Source: an uncultured Acidobacteriota bacterium
GTDB lineage: Bacteria > Acidobacteriota > Blastocatellia > RBC074
Length of the DNA stretch: 64,000 bases
Direction: 5' to 3'
Assembly (NCBI GenBank): GCA_963796275.1
Contig: CAWCKY010000004.1
Span: forward strand, 1,024,001 to 1,088,000
The notes beneath the pieces are model-generated. The model was given only the letters and a program-made list of their open reading frames with translations. It was not told the origin of the DNA and searched no databases. The translations under genes were made by a program, and so were the position numbers. Shown here one piece after another: positions 1-10,053 of this stretch; position 1 is the first letter of the stretch, and each line of letters opens with the position of its first letter.

Positions 1-519
1 GAAGTCTCGATATAACGGGTACGAGAAATTGCCGACGCTTTCGCCCTGGCGCAACGGCGTAATCTCGAAAACGCGATCCGGCTGCGCCACCGGCAAGGGG
101 CGCAGCATCACCGTGTTGACCAGGCTGAAGATTGCGGTGTTTGCGCCGATGCCCAGCGCCAGCGTGACCACGGCGATCAATGTGAAGCCGGGATTCTTCC
201 GTAGCATCCGTACGCCATAGCGTATGTCTTGCCAAAGGTCTGCGATCATATTTGTTCTCCTCGATCCCGAGACCATGGGTTCATCGTCGACGAGTCGCTC
301 GATCGATTGCAATTCACGCGCGAGCAATTCCCGGTCGCTCAATTCCGCAAGCGCTGCGCGGTAGGCCTCTTCAGGCGTCGCCCCACGCACGAGCGACTCC
401 GCATAGTGATCCTCCAGATGCTGAGCCAGCTCATCGACGATGGCGGCTTCGCGCGATGGTGCAAGTTTCAACCTCGCCAGCCGCTGTTTGATCTCTCCCT
501 TCCACTCGGGCGCATTCAT
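1..519 (-). CDS. ADOP-family duplicated orphan ABC permease, N-terminal part (runs off the window)
   Basis: Not in the ORF track. Hand translation from ATG at 519 gives [39 protein letters not shown]...[39 protein letters not shown], closely paralogous to 10401..13094. GGAG RBS upstream. Confidence 0.9.
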   Translation of the reverse strand, partial: MNAPEWKGEIKQRLARLKLAPSREAAIVDELAQHLEDHYAESLVRGATPEEAYRAALAELSDRELLARELQSIERLVDDEPMVSGSRRTNMIADLWQDIRYGVRMLRKNPGFTLIAVVTLALGIGANTAIFSLVNTVMLRPLPVAQPDRVFEITPLRQGESVGNFSYPLYRDF

Positions 520-709
520 CTCAGACTCCAGATCATAATCTCAATACTTGTTAGGGCGATATATTATATAGACAGGTATACGCGATCAAGTGGGATGGGG
601 TTCAACAAAAATATCAACTGAGAGCCACAGAATGGCGGAATCTTCCCAAGATCGGACAATTTCTCGATCCGGCTTTTCTCCTTCCGCGCGGGCTCTCCTA
701 AAACATTAG

Positions 710-755
710 TTGACAAGGCGATTCTTGATGAGATATGCTCCTAACATATTAGGAG
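710..755 (+). promoter_or_regulatory. sigma70-like promoter overlapped by a palindromic operator (probable BlaI-type site)
   Basis: TTGACA (710-715), 18 nt spacer, TATGCT (734-739). Perfect inverted repeat CTCCTAA-cata-TTAGGAG at 738-755 and a partial second copy CTCCTAAaacaTTAG just upstream of the -35. Confidence 0.6.
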
Positions 756-766
756 AACTCGCGGCT

Positions 767-924
767 ATGAGCGACATAGCAGGGCGAACAAAATTCGGCG
801 GCTTGGCGGAGAACATGGTGATGAGCTCGCGACCGAACGTTTAACTCCGCAAAAGATGGCGAGGTTGAATAAGCTCTTAAAGGTATTCGACACAGAATGG
901 GAGGCGAATATTGAAACCGATTGA
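767..924 (+). pseudogene. BlaI/MecI/CopY-family repressor remnant lacking the DNA-binding domain
   Basis: ATG at 767 after AGGAG gives MSDIAGRTK-FGGLAENMVMS, then after a frameshift TERLTPQKMARLNKLLKVFDTEWEANIETD*. This resembles the BlaI C-terminal dimerisation region (FGGS...LV...LTPEKL) and overlaps the start of the M56 gene. Confidence 0.65.
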
Positions 925-2341
925 AGATTTTATGCTGGACTTTATCGTGAATGCGCTCTGGCAGCCGGTATTGCTGGCGGCGATCGCGGCCATTTGTCTC
1001 CGCCTGCTGTTACGCAGAGCGTCCGCGCGGCATCACCATGTTGTGTGGGTGACGGCTCTCATCATGAGCGTCTTATTGCCGTTTTGGAGTGCTCTCCCGG
1101 AAAGGATCGATCCGCTAAAACCGGCGTTCTTACCGATCGCGATCAACCTGCCGGCTCTGGGGGTATTCCCTGACAGGCATTCTATCACGCGAGCTAAAGG
1201 ATCCGGTTCGATCAACAACTCCTCGACGCTGAGTGGTCTCCCATTCAAAAGTATTTTCACCAGTCTTTTTTTGCTGTTTATCCTCTATCGTTTGCTGAAG
1301 TTGGGGAGGGCCTGGAGTGCGACTCGGGCAATCCGCAAGCGCGCTATTCCGGTCGTAATCTCAAAGAGGTTGGAGAAGGCGACGAATCATTGCCGTGAAA
1401 CCTTGGGAGTGGGTGATGTTTCGTTGCTTTGTTCCCCCACAGTGATGGTTCCCATTACATTAGGCTGGCATAGACCTGCGATCATCCTGCCTGAGCAAAT
1501 GGCCTCCTGCGCATCGCCTGAATTGCTGATCGCGGCGATTGGACATGAGATGACGCACATCAGGCGGCGCGATTACGCCTGGAATATCTTTTATGAGTTG
1601 CTAGTTCTGCCGATCTCGTTTCATCCGGTAGCGGCGCTGGTGAAGCGACGAATCAATGAAACGCGAGAACTGGCCTGTGACGAGACGGTTGGTGAACTGG
1701 TTATGGATGCTCACGATTATGCTCGTTCGCTCGTCGGCCTGGCCAATTACGTTTCATTATCCAGCCGTCCCACTTACACCTTAGGCGTCGATGACGCCGA
1801 TATTCTGGAGAGACGAATCATGAAACTTTTTGAGAAGATGCCTTCTGCCAGTAAACGACCGGCCAGGGTATGGTTGGCAATAACCCTCTTCGCGCTGACC
1901 TTATCCGGCGTGGGAGCCACAGCCTTTCCGATAAACATCGTGCAGAACCAGAACAACGAACCCGCATCAGGAAAACGGTTTGTTGGCACGTGGAAAAGTA
2001 ATCTCAACCGCAGCGATCTTGCCGATCAAGTCCTTATCTTCAAGATCGAAGGTGGCAGGTTGACTGGAACTCAACGGGAAATCCCGGTCAGAAATGAGAA
2101 GGGCGGTGAATCCGACCTTCCTGAGCTGACAGTAAACGGGCCTGTGATAACCTGGATGAGCAAGATGAAGGTTTCCCAGGACCAAGAACCGGATATAGAA
2201 CTGGATATATTGAACAAAGTATCCCTGGTCGGTGATGATAAAATACTTTTCGAGAAAAGCGGAAATAGTCGGGTGAGTAAGAATGGTCGCCAGGCGGGCA
2301 TAGGCGTTGCGGTAAAGTACGACATGAAAAGAGAAAAGTAA
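911..2341 (+). CDS. M56-family metallopeptidase (BlaR1/MecR1-like antirepressor/sensor) with a small C-terminal extracytoplasmic domain
   Basis: N-terminal TM helices, PAIILP, zinc motif HEMTH followed by IRRRD, RELACDE, L..RI. Confidence 0.9.
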   Translation: MKPIEDFMLDFIVNALWQPVLLAAIAAICLRLLLRRASARHHHVVWVTALIMSVLLPFWSALPERIDPLKPAFLPIAINLPALGVFPDRHSITRAKGSGSINNSSTLSGLPFKSIFTSLFLLFILYRLLKLGRAWSATRAIRKRAIPVVISKRLEKATNHCRETLGVGDVSLLCSPTVMVPITLGWHRPAIILPEQMASCASPELLIAAIGHEMTHIRRRDYAWNIFYELLVLPISFHPVAALVKRRINETRELACDETVGELVMDAHDYARSLVGLANYVSLSSRPTYTLGVDDADILERRIMKLFEKMPSASKRPARVWLAITLFALTLSGVGATAFPINIVQNQNNEPASGKRFVGTWKSNLNRSDLADQVLIFKIEGGRLTGTQREIPVRNEKGGESDLPELTVNGPVITWMSKMKVSQDQEPDIELDILNKVSLVGDDKILFEKSGNSRVSKNGRQAGIGVAVKYDMKREK

Positions 2342-2381
2342 GCGAATATTGTCCACCGGTGATTACAATCCATTCGCAGTT

Positions 2382-4406
2382 TTACCGGGTTTTCTTTGTG
2401 GGAGTTGTAATCACCGGCCGCGGCGGTTTCCTCATACCTTCACCCAGATAAAAACCTGTATGCGGCGGTTGGTTGTACGCGACGTTTTGCCAAGCAATGC
2501 TCAGCCGGTATTGCGGATCGTGCATCAAGGTATAGAAGCGGTGTTTCGTCGGAATGGTCGTGGTATAAATTCGCAGCTCTTTATTGTCGGTGGTTCGCCA
2601 GATCACCTCCTCGCGCCAGTCTCCCAAGATATCGGCGCTCAGCGCGGGAGTCGCCTTCGTACCGTTGTTCGACGAGCAACCTTCGGCAGTCAGCAACACA
2701 GTCTCTACGCTCTCCGTCCAGTTCCACTTGAAGATCGAATTGCGATCCAACAATTCGCTCAGCAGATCACCGTCCCAGAGAACACCGAAGTTGCAAGAGC
2801 GCGGCTCGCGATCGGATATCTTTTCGCCTCTGGCATTGAACAATCCGCCGATTCCCGCGCCTTTGACCCAGGACTCGAAGCCGCTGTGACGCGGGTCGAT
2901 ATCGAGCGCCAGACCGCGCCCGGGCCCCTCGCCGTCAGCGCCCGCCTTGATTGAAGGCTTCTTCCATAATATCTCGCCCGTCTTTGCGTCGCGGAGATGT
3001 GCCCCGGCGTCATCGAAACGCTCCTGAATGTCGAAGACTTCCAGACCTGGTAGTGTGGGATCGAGATCGGATAGATGCAATGCGTCGCCGTGTCCCAGGC
3101 CGGTTGTGTAAAGCCCTTTGCCATTGTCGTCGATCACGCACGCGCCGTAGACGATCTCGTCCCTGCCGTCACCGTCAACGTCTCCCACGCTGAGATTATG
3201 ATTACCCTGCCCCGCATAACCTTGATTGCCCTGATCCGCGCTGTCGAAAGTCCAGACTCTCGCCAGCCTGCCGTCGCGCCAATTCCACGCGGCCATCACA
3301 GACCGGGTGTAATATCCGCGGCACATCACCAGGCTCGGTCGGTTGCCGTCAAGGTACGCGATGGCAGCGAGAAAACGATCGACCCGGTTGCCGTAACCAT
3401 CACCCCAGATTTCCTTCATTTCATCCGCAGTAGGTTTGACCTTCGTTGGATGTCGAGGAGGCATGTAATCGGTAGTTGCGAGCACCGCGCCCGTCAGCCC
3501 GTCAAAGATCGTCAGATACTCCGGGCCAGCCAGGACGTATCCTGTCGTATTGCGCCGCGCCTCAGCGCCTGACCGATCCGGAAAGGTCATGAAGGAACCC
3601 TCCGGGTTCCGCCAATCCGCGTCTCCATCGCCGATGACCTTTCCTTTTCCGTCGATAGTTCCATCAGCGGTCTTGCATGCGACCTCAGCTCTACCGTCGC
3701 CGTCGAGATCGTAGACCAGGAACTGCGTGTAGTGCGCGCCTTCACGGATGTTCTTGCCCAGATTGATGCGCCACAACAGCCTGCCGTCGAGCTTGTATGC
3801 TTCGAGGATCGGCGGATCGGTCATTCCTGCCTGCGAGTTGTCACGACCTCTGCCGGCTTGATGCAAAACGATCTCATACTCGCCGTCGCCATCCAGATCG
3901 CCCACTGAGGCGTCGTTGGGCGTATACCCCGAAGGCGTTTGTAACGGTATCGAGATGTATTGGCGGGCAGGCGCGTTGGCGGGCAGCGTGAATGCCCTGC
4001 TAGCCTCACGCTCACGCCCGTTTATAACCGGACGCACGAAATACGAAACGGCCTTGGTCAGATCGACCTTCTCGTCAATAAAATGTGTGGCCTCCGCCAA
4101 CGGTTTCGCATTGAGCTTAATCGGCCTGGCATCACCCGTTGCACGGTAAAGATTGAACGCCGTTGCTTCCGGGTCACTGCCGAGCAATCGCCAACTGATG
4201 AAGACCCTTCCCTCGCCCTGATTGATCGCAATGACGCCGCGTCCCAGCGATTCCATCTGGCGTTGCGAGACGGCTTCCACCGAAGCCAGATTCAGAGTCG
4301 AGACAAAAGTGAGCAGGACCAAAATTTTAGTGGTGATAGTCATACCTGGAAGAACCTTCGATCGGAAAAATGCGGCGATCAAGAGTAAAACCGCCACGCC
4401 TTTCAT
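2382..4406 (-). CDS. Rhamnogalacturonan lyase, polysaccharide lyase family 11 (YesW/YesX-like)
   Basis: RQMESLGRGVIA, FISWRLLG, repeated DLDGDG Ca-binding motifs, GAHYTQFLVYD, RGYYTR, GQGNHNLS, AYNQPPH. Signal-like N-terminus. Confidence 0.93.
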   Translation of the reverse strand: MKGVAVLLLIAAFFRSKVLPGMTITTKILVLLTFVSTLNLASVEAVSQRQMESLGRGVIAINQGEGRVFISWRLLGSDPEATAFNLYRATGDARPIKLNAKPLAEATHFIDEKVDLTKAVSYFVRPVINGREREASRAFTLPANAPARQYISIPLQTPSGYTPNDASVGDLDGDGEYEIVLHQAGRGRDNSQAGMTDPPILEAYKLDGRLLWRINLGKNIREGAHYTQFLVYDLDGDGRAEVACKTADGTIDGKGKVIGDGDADWRNPEGSFMTFPDRSGAEARRNTTGYVLAGPEYLTIFDGLTGAVLATTDYMPPRHPTKVKPTADEMKEIWGDGYGNRVDRFLAAIAYLDGNRPSLVMCRGYYTRSVMAAWNWRDGRLARVWTFDSADQGNQGYAGQGNHNLSVGDVDGDGRDEIVYGACVIDDNGKGLYTTGLGHGDALHLSDLDPTLPGLEVFDIQERFDDAGAHLRDAKTGEILWKKPSIKAGADGEGPGRGLALDIDPRHSGFESWVKGAGIGGLFNARGEKISDREPRSCNFGVLWDGDLLSELLDRNSIFKWNWTESVETVLLTAEGCSSNNGTKATPALSADILGDWREEVIWRTTDNKELRIYTTTIPTKHRFYTLMHDPQYRLSIAWQNVAYNQPPHTGFYLGEGMRKPPRPVITTPTKKTR

Positions 4407-4783
4407 GCTTTTTTCACTTTCAAGACAATGAAAGTAAGGTCATCGTGCTGGGGCGCGCCGGCGCACCACGCATTTGCTCGCCGCACGACTTCATCGCGGA
4501 TATTATTAGTTGCCAGTCCCGTGGTCGCTTCGAGCGCCGCCTGGCTCCTCGCTTCACCGAACTCTTCTCCATTCACATTCACCGCCTCCGATAAACCATC
4601 GGTGAAGCCGATCAGCACATCGTCCGGCTGCATCTGCACGACCTCCTGCTCGTAGCCGCAATGCTCGAACATTCCGACAAACATACCGCCGCAACTGAGT
4701 TGCCTGAAGTCACGCGCGCCATTGGCGCGGAAAAGAATCGGCGGATTATGACCGGCATATCTTATGCGAGGAAAGATTCTCAT
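4403..4783 (-). pseudogene. C-terminal fragment of a SpoIIE/RsbU-type PP2C phosphatase
   Basis: AGHNPPIL, FTDGLSEA, EEFGEAR and DDLTFIVLK motifs are present. The N-terminal half (GGD, DVSGKG motifs) is absent. Confidence 0.75.
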
Positions 4784-4983
4784 TTAAGGTGTGGTGCCCC
4801 CTTCGTGCCCGGCGGAACCATCGGGCCTGTCTTCGTTGTGCGGCTTCGGAATATAACAGGCCAGCAGGACCATGACCATATGAGTTATATCTGCTCACTG
4901 AACATTCGGATCGTCAACCGCCAAGCCATCGTCCGGCCCTGATATTTGTCGAGATGTTTGGCTGCCGATTATTTACGAATTAT

Positions 4984-5530
4984 TTACGAAACACGGACGC
5001 ACTTCTCATAACAGTCATGAAGTCTTCCTCTGATCCGGAATACTCGCAGTCTCAGCGCGTTTATGGTCAGTCCCATGGCCATGCCGAGCTCTATCTTACC
5101 GTTGTTATCCAGTGTGCAGTTTTTTACCATCAGATTCTCGCTCTTCCGGCGCGAGCGCATGCAAACACTTTTTCATGCAATCCATCTGATGCTCATCATC
5201 TCGCCGATCGAGTCCCGGCGAAGATAGCTGCTCATCGAGCGGCTCCCACTCCCTTTTGGGATCATCCCAATATTCAAGCAATACCAACCGAGCGACGCCG
5301 AAGGAGAACTTGACCAGGTCTTTAATCTCGTAACCTTCTTCCATCTTCCGGGCGATGCGGTTGATAGTCTCATCGCTTAACTCTGCGGGGACCCGACACC
5401 CTCTCCGCTCGAAGAAGTAAATTAATCTTATACGGAGTTTTTCATATTCTTCTCCTGCCCGTGCCGGATCGGCATTGAACCGCGCGAGTAACTTAAAGAA
5501 AGCTTCTTCGCTCAAATCCCACTTCTTCAT
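4984..5530 (-). CDS. Atypical ECF-type sigma70-family factor, with one +1 frameshift near 5140
   Basis: MKKWDLSEEAFFKLLARF..D...AGEEYEKLR.RLIYFF. Removing one base after ALAPEER restores NLMVKNC...GLTINALRLRVFRIRGRLHDCYEKCVRVS* (region-4 HTH-like) with its stop at 4984. Confidence 0.72.
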
Positions 5531-5544
5531 TATTTATTTTATCT

Positions 5545-8500
5545 TTATCTGATTTGTTCATCCTCCAGGTTCGTCCACTCGCCCGATTGGATGAAGCTCG
5601 CCCAATAATAAGGATGTCGCCGATTCACTTGCTTTAGCATCTCCAATTGCACCTGTCTCAGCGCCTCACCGCGTCCCTCCCCCTGTTTCAGTTTTTTGTA
5701 GTAGGAGACCATCAGTTCGCGTGTCCCCTTGTCCGATACGGCCCAGAGGCTCATGACCTGTGTTTCCGCGCCGGCCAGCACCAACGCGCGTCGCAGCCCG
5801 TGGACTCCATCGCCGCTCTTAACCTCGCCCACCCCTGTGTCACACCCCGAGAGCACTACCAGCTTTGTTCCCCAAAGATTTAGCCCTGTCACCTCCAGCG
5901 CAGTCAGAATCCCGTTGTCATCCTCTTTATGTTCGTTGGCTCCAGCCAGCGCCACCCCCGAGCGCAACAGCGGGTTCTCGATGGGGATACCGCTCCCTTC
6001 AATCATTCGCAGCTGCTGGTCGGATTCATTTCTGACTGACCGAGTCCCGCTCCGCACCGACGCCATCAATTGCGAATCATCGAGAAAGAAGCCGTGTGTG
6101 GCGATGTGTAGAAGAATGGGGCTGCGCACCTGGATGAGCGCGGACTTACTCGCCTCGCGCCGGGTGAGCAAGGTCGCATCCGGTAGTAACGATTGCAGGG
6201 CATCCCCTTCCCGCGCTGTATATGGCAGGGGCGAGAAGTAAAACTGTCTGAAAATGGAGGCGGCTGATTCTTTGACCCGATTTCCTGATCCTTCATTCGA
6301 TGCAACCGTCTTCTGTTTCCACCGGCGCATTTCCTCAACCCGGCTCCTGTTTCCAAAGTCCGGGTCGGCGATAACAAGCGGGCCGCTACTGCTCTCTCTA
6401 GCCACTTGCAGGCGCAGCAGATCGCGACCGCTCGCCAGATAGCTGATCGAATAACGCTCGACCAGATACCGCCCTCGCTCATCTACCAGCGCCACAAATG
6501 GAAGGAGGTTGAGCATGCCATCCGGCGAGATCAGTAACCGGGTCAGATTCCCAACCAGCGGGCGGATGGGTTGAAATACTTTCTGATCCACGCTTCGAGC
6601 CAGACGGCGCACGTCCGTACGTTTGGGATCGCGCAAAGCCTCACGCAGGGCAGCCACAGCTCCATCGATTGCACTCGCCTCGCCCAGTTCCTTCCACTGA
6701 ATCTCTCCTTTCCGCATCACATAGACCACATAATGAGGTTCGCCATAAGCCATGTCATCCGTTTTGGCTTGGGCATCGAATGGACGGTAGGAAGCGAATT
6801 CGATCAGAGCGGCATCGGCGGGGATGGCCGCTTGAACCGCTGCGAGCGTGACTGGCAAAGACTGTGCTCGGAATTCACTGCTCCTGCGACCGATGTCTAC
6901 CTCTAGTTTTTCGGCTCGAGCTTCGAGTCTTCCGATTCGCTCGAAATATTGCTCGACCGTTATTTTCTGCGGTTCGCCCAGAACTAAACTGGCGATCTGT
7001 GAACGGGTATCGCTCAACTGATCGAGCAGGGCTTGATCCTCCGGGTCTGAACGGTCGCGCAAAGCGGCGAGGCTTTGAGACGTGGCGTCGAGCGCACGCC
7101 CTTTGCGTTGGAGAATTATGGCGGCGCTCTGGCTACGCGCCGCGGGATCGTTCGGCGCACAGCGAAGATGCAATGAGATAGTCCGGTCGGCCTGCTTTGA
7201 GAGGGTTCCTAGAAAGGCCAGTCTCTGGCGTTCGGAGCCGATCACAAGATTGAGCGCCAGATTCCCTTCGCCGATTGAATTGGCGCGCGATTGAAACGCG
7301 ACAGCCTGAGCGATATTACCTATTCTCATGTTGAGCGCCGCTCTATCGTTGAGGGCATCGGCAACGTAGGGGTGTTTCGGGCCCAGCGTTTTCTCCAAGA
7401 CGTCCAGTGATCGTTGGAATAACTGCTCAGCCTTCGCGTAGTCGGCTCTGTCGCGGTTGATGCGTGCCAGAATGTTGAGTGAGTAAGCAAGTTCAAACTT
7501 TTCCGGCTCCAGCGCTTTCTCCCAAATAACCAGCGCACGTTGAGCCAGAGGTTCAGCCCTTTGTTGGTCGCCGCGGCTGTGAAACAAGAGCGCCAAATTG
7601 TTGAGGGTGCGGGCGACATCCGAATGGTCGGGCCCCAACACTTTCTCCTGGATGGCCAACGCGCGTTGGGCCAGCGACTCCGCTTCATCATAATCTCCCC
7701 GATCGCGATAGAGAATCGCCAGGCTGTTGAGAGTAGCAGCGAGATCGGGATGTTCAGGTCCCAGCGCCTTCTCCCTGATAGCCAGGGCTCTTCGGTAGAA
7801 AGTCTCGGCCTTGGCGAAGTCGCCTCGATAACGATAGAAGTTGCCCAGACCATTATTGGCGAGGCCGAGGTCGGGATCATCCGGAGGCAGCGCTTTCACC
7901 CAGATCGCCAGCGATTGGTGAAATAACGGTTCAGCTTTCGCGTAGTCGCCTTTGCTCCAATAAAGCAGGCCGAGATTGTGAATCGTAAAAGCGTAATCTG
8001 GATGTTCCTGCCCCAACGATTTCTCCAAGATACGCAGTGCTCGTTGAAACAACGCCTCTGCCTTCGCGTAGTCGGCCATATTGCGGTAGAGGTGCCCCAG
8101 ATTGTTGAGCGAAATAGTAACTGCAGGATGATTCGGCCCGAAAACTCCCTCTAAAATGTCCAGTGACCGGTGAAGCAGCGATTCGGCCTTTGCAAAATCG
8201 CCCCTGCTTCGGTAAATCCTGCCCAGACCGTTGAGTGCGACCGCGACATCGCGGTGATCCGGACCCAGCAGCCTTTCACGGATCTCCAAAGCGCGTTCGA
8301 TCGATGGGCGCGCCTCGATTGGCGGCCCCATGACTTTCAGTTTGCGACACTCCTCGCACAGCGCATACGCCCTCTGTAATGCGCGGTCGTTCTCTGTCGC
8401 GGCGCGTAACTCCTCGATGCGAATCGCGTAGCGTCCCGCAAGCGCCCCGCGCTGCCTGAGTTCAATACTCAGCTGGTAGTCGCCCTCCTTGTCTGCCACA

Positions 8501-9072
8501 CACGACACACGTTCCTGCCCCCAGGGCAAACTTTCGGAGTCGAACTCGGCCATCTGCCTGCCGTCAGGTCCTGTTACTGCCACCACCACGTCTATGCCCT
8601 CTTGCTCGACTATCACGCCCAGGTACTGATCGGTTCTCAGCCTGATCTGATAGATATGCTGTCCGCCAGCCAATTCCCGTTGGATAGGCCTTCCCGGTTC
8701 GAGAAGGCGAAAACCCTTCTCATCGCTCGCCTCATCGCCGGCATCACGCGACTCCTGAATCGACTGCTGGTTCAGACCTTGAGCGAATACGAAAGTCTTG
8801 TGCGAAAGCGATGAGGTTGACAGAATGCAGAGCAGAAATAGCGCGATGAAATTGGCTGAGCTCCGGTATATAACCTGCATAACCTGCGCTCCCTGTTTTT
8901 GCTCGCAACCCGAAGCTCGGCGAGCCGCGCCTTCCACGATCATGGTTTGTCCTTCGCTTTTTTTGATCATTGCCATAGCGACACAAAACCTCTTAAACGG
9001 TAATCTGAATTGTTTTAAATTAATTGCTTCGGACTTAGCTGAGTCACATCCGACGCACGGGTGAGTAGACAC
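5545..9072 (-). CDS. TPR-repeat, CHAT-domain (caspase-like) protease
   Basis: About 8-9 kinesin-light-chain-type 42-aa TPRs (ALAIREKALGPEHPDLAATLNSLA). CHAT dyad LHIATHG and VVLSGCDTG, VMSLWAV, HPYYWASF. True start is probably 8943 or 8880, followed by a hydrophobic signal-like stretch. Confidence 0.92.
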   Translation of the reverse strand: MSTHPCVGCDSAKSEAINLKQFRLPFKRFCVAMAMIKKSEGQTMIVEGAARRASGCEQKQGAQVMQVIYRSSANFIALFLLCILSTSSLSHKTFVFAQGLNQQSIQESRDAGDEASDEKGFRLLEPGRPIQRELAGGQHIYQIRLRTDQYLGVIVEQEGIDVVVAVTGPDGRQMAEFDSESLPWGQERVSCVADKEGDYQLSIELRQRGALAGRYAIRIEELRAATENDRALQRAYALCEECRKLKVMGPPIEARPSIERALEIRERLLGPDHRDVAVALNGLGRIYRSRGDFAKAESLLHRSLDILEGVFGPNHPAVTISLNNLGHLYRNMADYAKAEALFQRALRILEKSLGQEHPDYAFTIHNLGLLYWSKGDYAKAEPLFHQSLAIWVKALPPDDPDLGLANNGLGNFYRYRGDFAKAETFYRRALAIREKALGPEHPDLAATLNSLAILYRDRGDYDEAESLAQRALAIQEKVLGPDHSDVARTLNNLALLFHSRGDQQRAEPLAQRALVIWEKALEPEKFELAYSLNILARINRDRADYAKAEQLFQRSLDVLEKTLGPKHPYVADALNDRAALNMRIGNIAQAVAFQSRANSIGEGNLALNLVIGSERQRLAFLGTLSKQADRTISLHLRCAPNDPAARSQSAAIILQRKGRALDATSQSLAALRDRSDPEDQALLDQLSDTRSQIASLVLGEPQKITVEQYFERIGRLEARAEKLEVDIGRRSSEFRAQSLPVTLAAVQAAIPADAALIEFASYRPFDAQAKTDDMAYGEPHYVVYVMRKGEIQWKELGEASAIDGAVAALREALRDPKRTDVRRLARSVDQKVFQPIRPLVGNLTRLLISPDGMLNLLPFVALVDERGRYLVERYSISYLASGRDLLRLQVARESSSGPLVIADPDFGNRSRVEEMRRWKQKTVASNEGSGNRVKESAASIFRQFYFSPLPYTAREGDALQSLLPDATLLTRREASKSALIQVRSPILLHIATHGFFLDDSQLMASVRSGTRSVRNESDQQLRMIEGSGIPIENPLLRSGVALAGANEHKEDDNGILTALEVTGLNLWGTKLVVLSGCDTGVGEVKSGDGVHGLRRALVLAGAETQVMSLWAVSDKGTRELMVSYYKKLKQGEGRGEALRQVQLEMLKQVNRRHPYYWASFIQSGEWTNLEDEQIR

Positions 9073-9571
9073 TTTCTGTCAATCAAAACTGAGGATTCAA
9101 TCCCGTTCCAAATTCATAATCCACACCACCTTCCCCTTCCTTTGAGCCTCGCCTGTTTGCTCACGCCGTACCTCTCGCCCCCAGGCTTGATCGCCGACAA
9201 CGCAGTAGAACCGGCTGTCGACACTCTCTGTGCTGATTCACGGATGGCTCCGCGGTCCTTTCGAATTTTCCACCCACCGCCTTCCGATCCCGGAACTTCG
9301 CTCTCCGACTAAATATACATGCTACAGGATAGTCATAGCTAACTAATGGGACACGTTATGAGTTTACCACAGCTGAAAGAAAGTAAAATAAGCGAGTGCC
9401 CCGGTCCGTTCATCCGGACAGAAGTTGTACGAAGAATAAGTATTTGAATGAAATGAGAAATGAGCTGATTGGCATGTAAGCCTGGAGACTCTAGCAGGCT
9501 ATGCGCACCGTGCGGTTGGGGGTAGATTACAGATTATCAAGATTATCGGGGGGGGGGGAATAAGAATTGGG

Positions 9572-9991
9572 TTATGCCGCCATCTGGAGTTCCGTTACAG
9601 GATCTATTGAGTTATCAACCTGACTCAAGATGTACTGTGATGAAACTTTTCTCAATCTGTCATCGAGCTTCAATGGGAGCCGCAGCTCGATAGTTCCGTT
9701 CGCTTCGACTCTGAATTTGCTGCGGTCAGCGACGTTCGCGGACCGGTTATTGGAATCAATAGATTTGACGTCAGGGGCGTTCCTCTCGAGCCATCGACTG
9801 ACTTCGGGATGGATCAAATCCAAACCGTATTGCTGCCATAACAGTTCCATCACAACGACGCTTTTCGGTACTTCCTTACCTTGATAGCCGTAAGGCATTC
9901 TGAGTTTGATCGAGATTTCATTGTTTACCGGGCTAGTTAAAACTTGTTGCTCGCGACCGAAAATATTGAAGTTATGGAACATTGTATTCAT
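9572..9991 (-). CDS. Hypothetical protein, paralog A of 38778..39170
   Basis: Shares MxTMFxNxNIFGR, MPxGYxGK, LLWQQYGLDLxHPE, WLExNAPDVK and DDRLRxxSSQYIL with the second copy. Start chosen by this conservation (ORF track starts at 10027). Confidence 0.85.
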   Translation of the reverse strand: MNTMFHNFNIFGREQQVLTSPVNNEISIKLRMPYGYQGKEVPKSVVVMELLWQQYGLDLIHPEVSRWLERNAPDVKSIDSNNRSANVADRSKFRVEANGTIELRLPLKLDDRLRKVSSQYILSQVDNSIDPVTELQMAA

Positions 9992-10053
9992 CTCTTTCTT
10001 ATTAGTTGTAGTCAATAACCTACCCATCTTTGATCCCTTGCCTTCCCGCTATT

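Noticed and set aside
9061-9312. 83-aa plus-strand ORF upstream of the CHAT gene
   Set aside because: No RBS, atypical composition and no recognisable motif.
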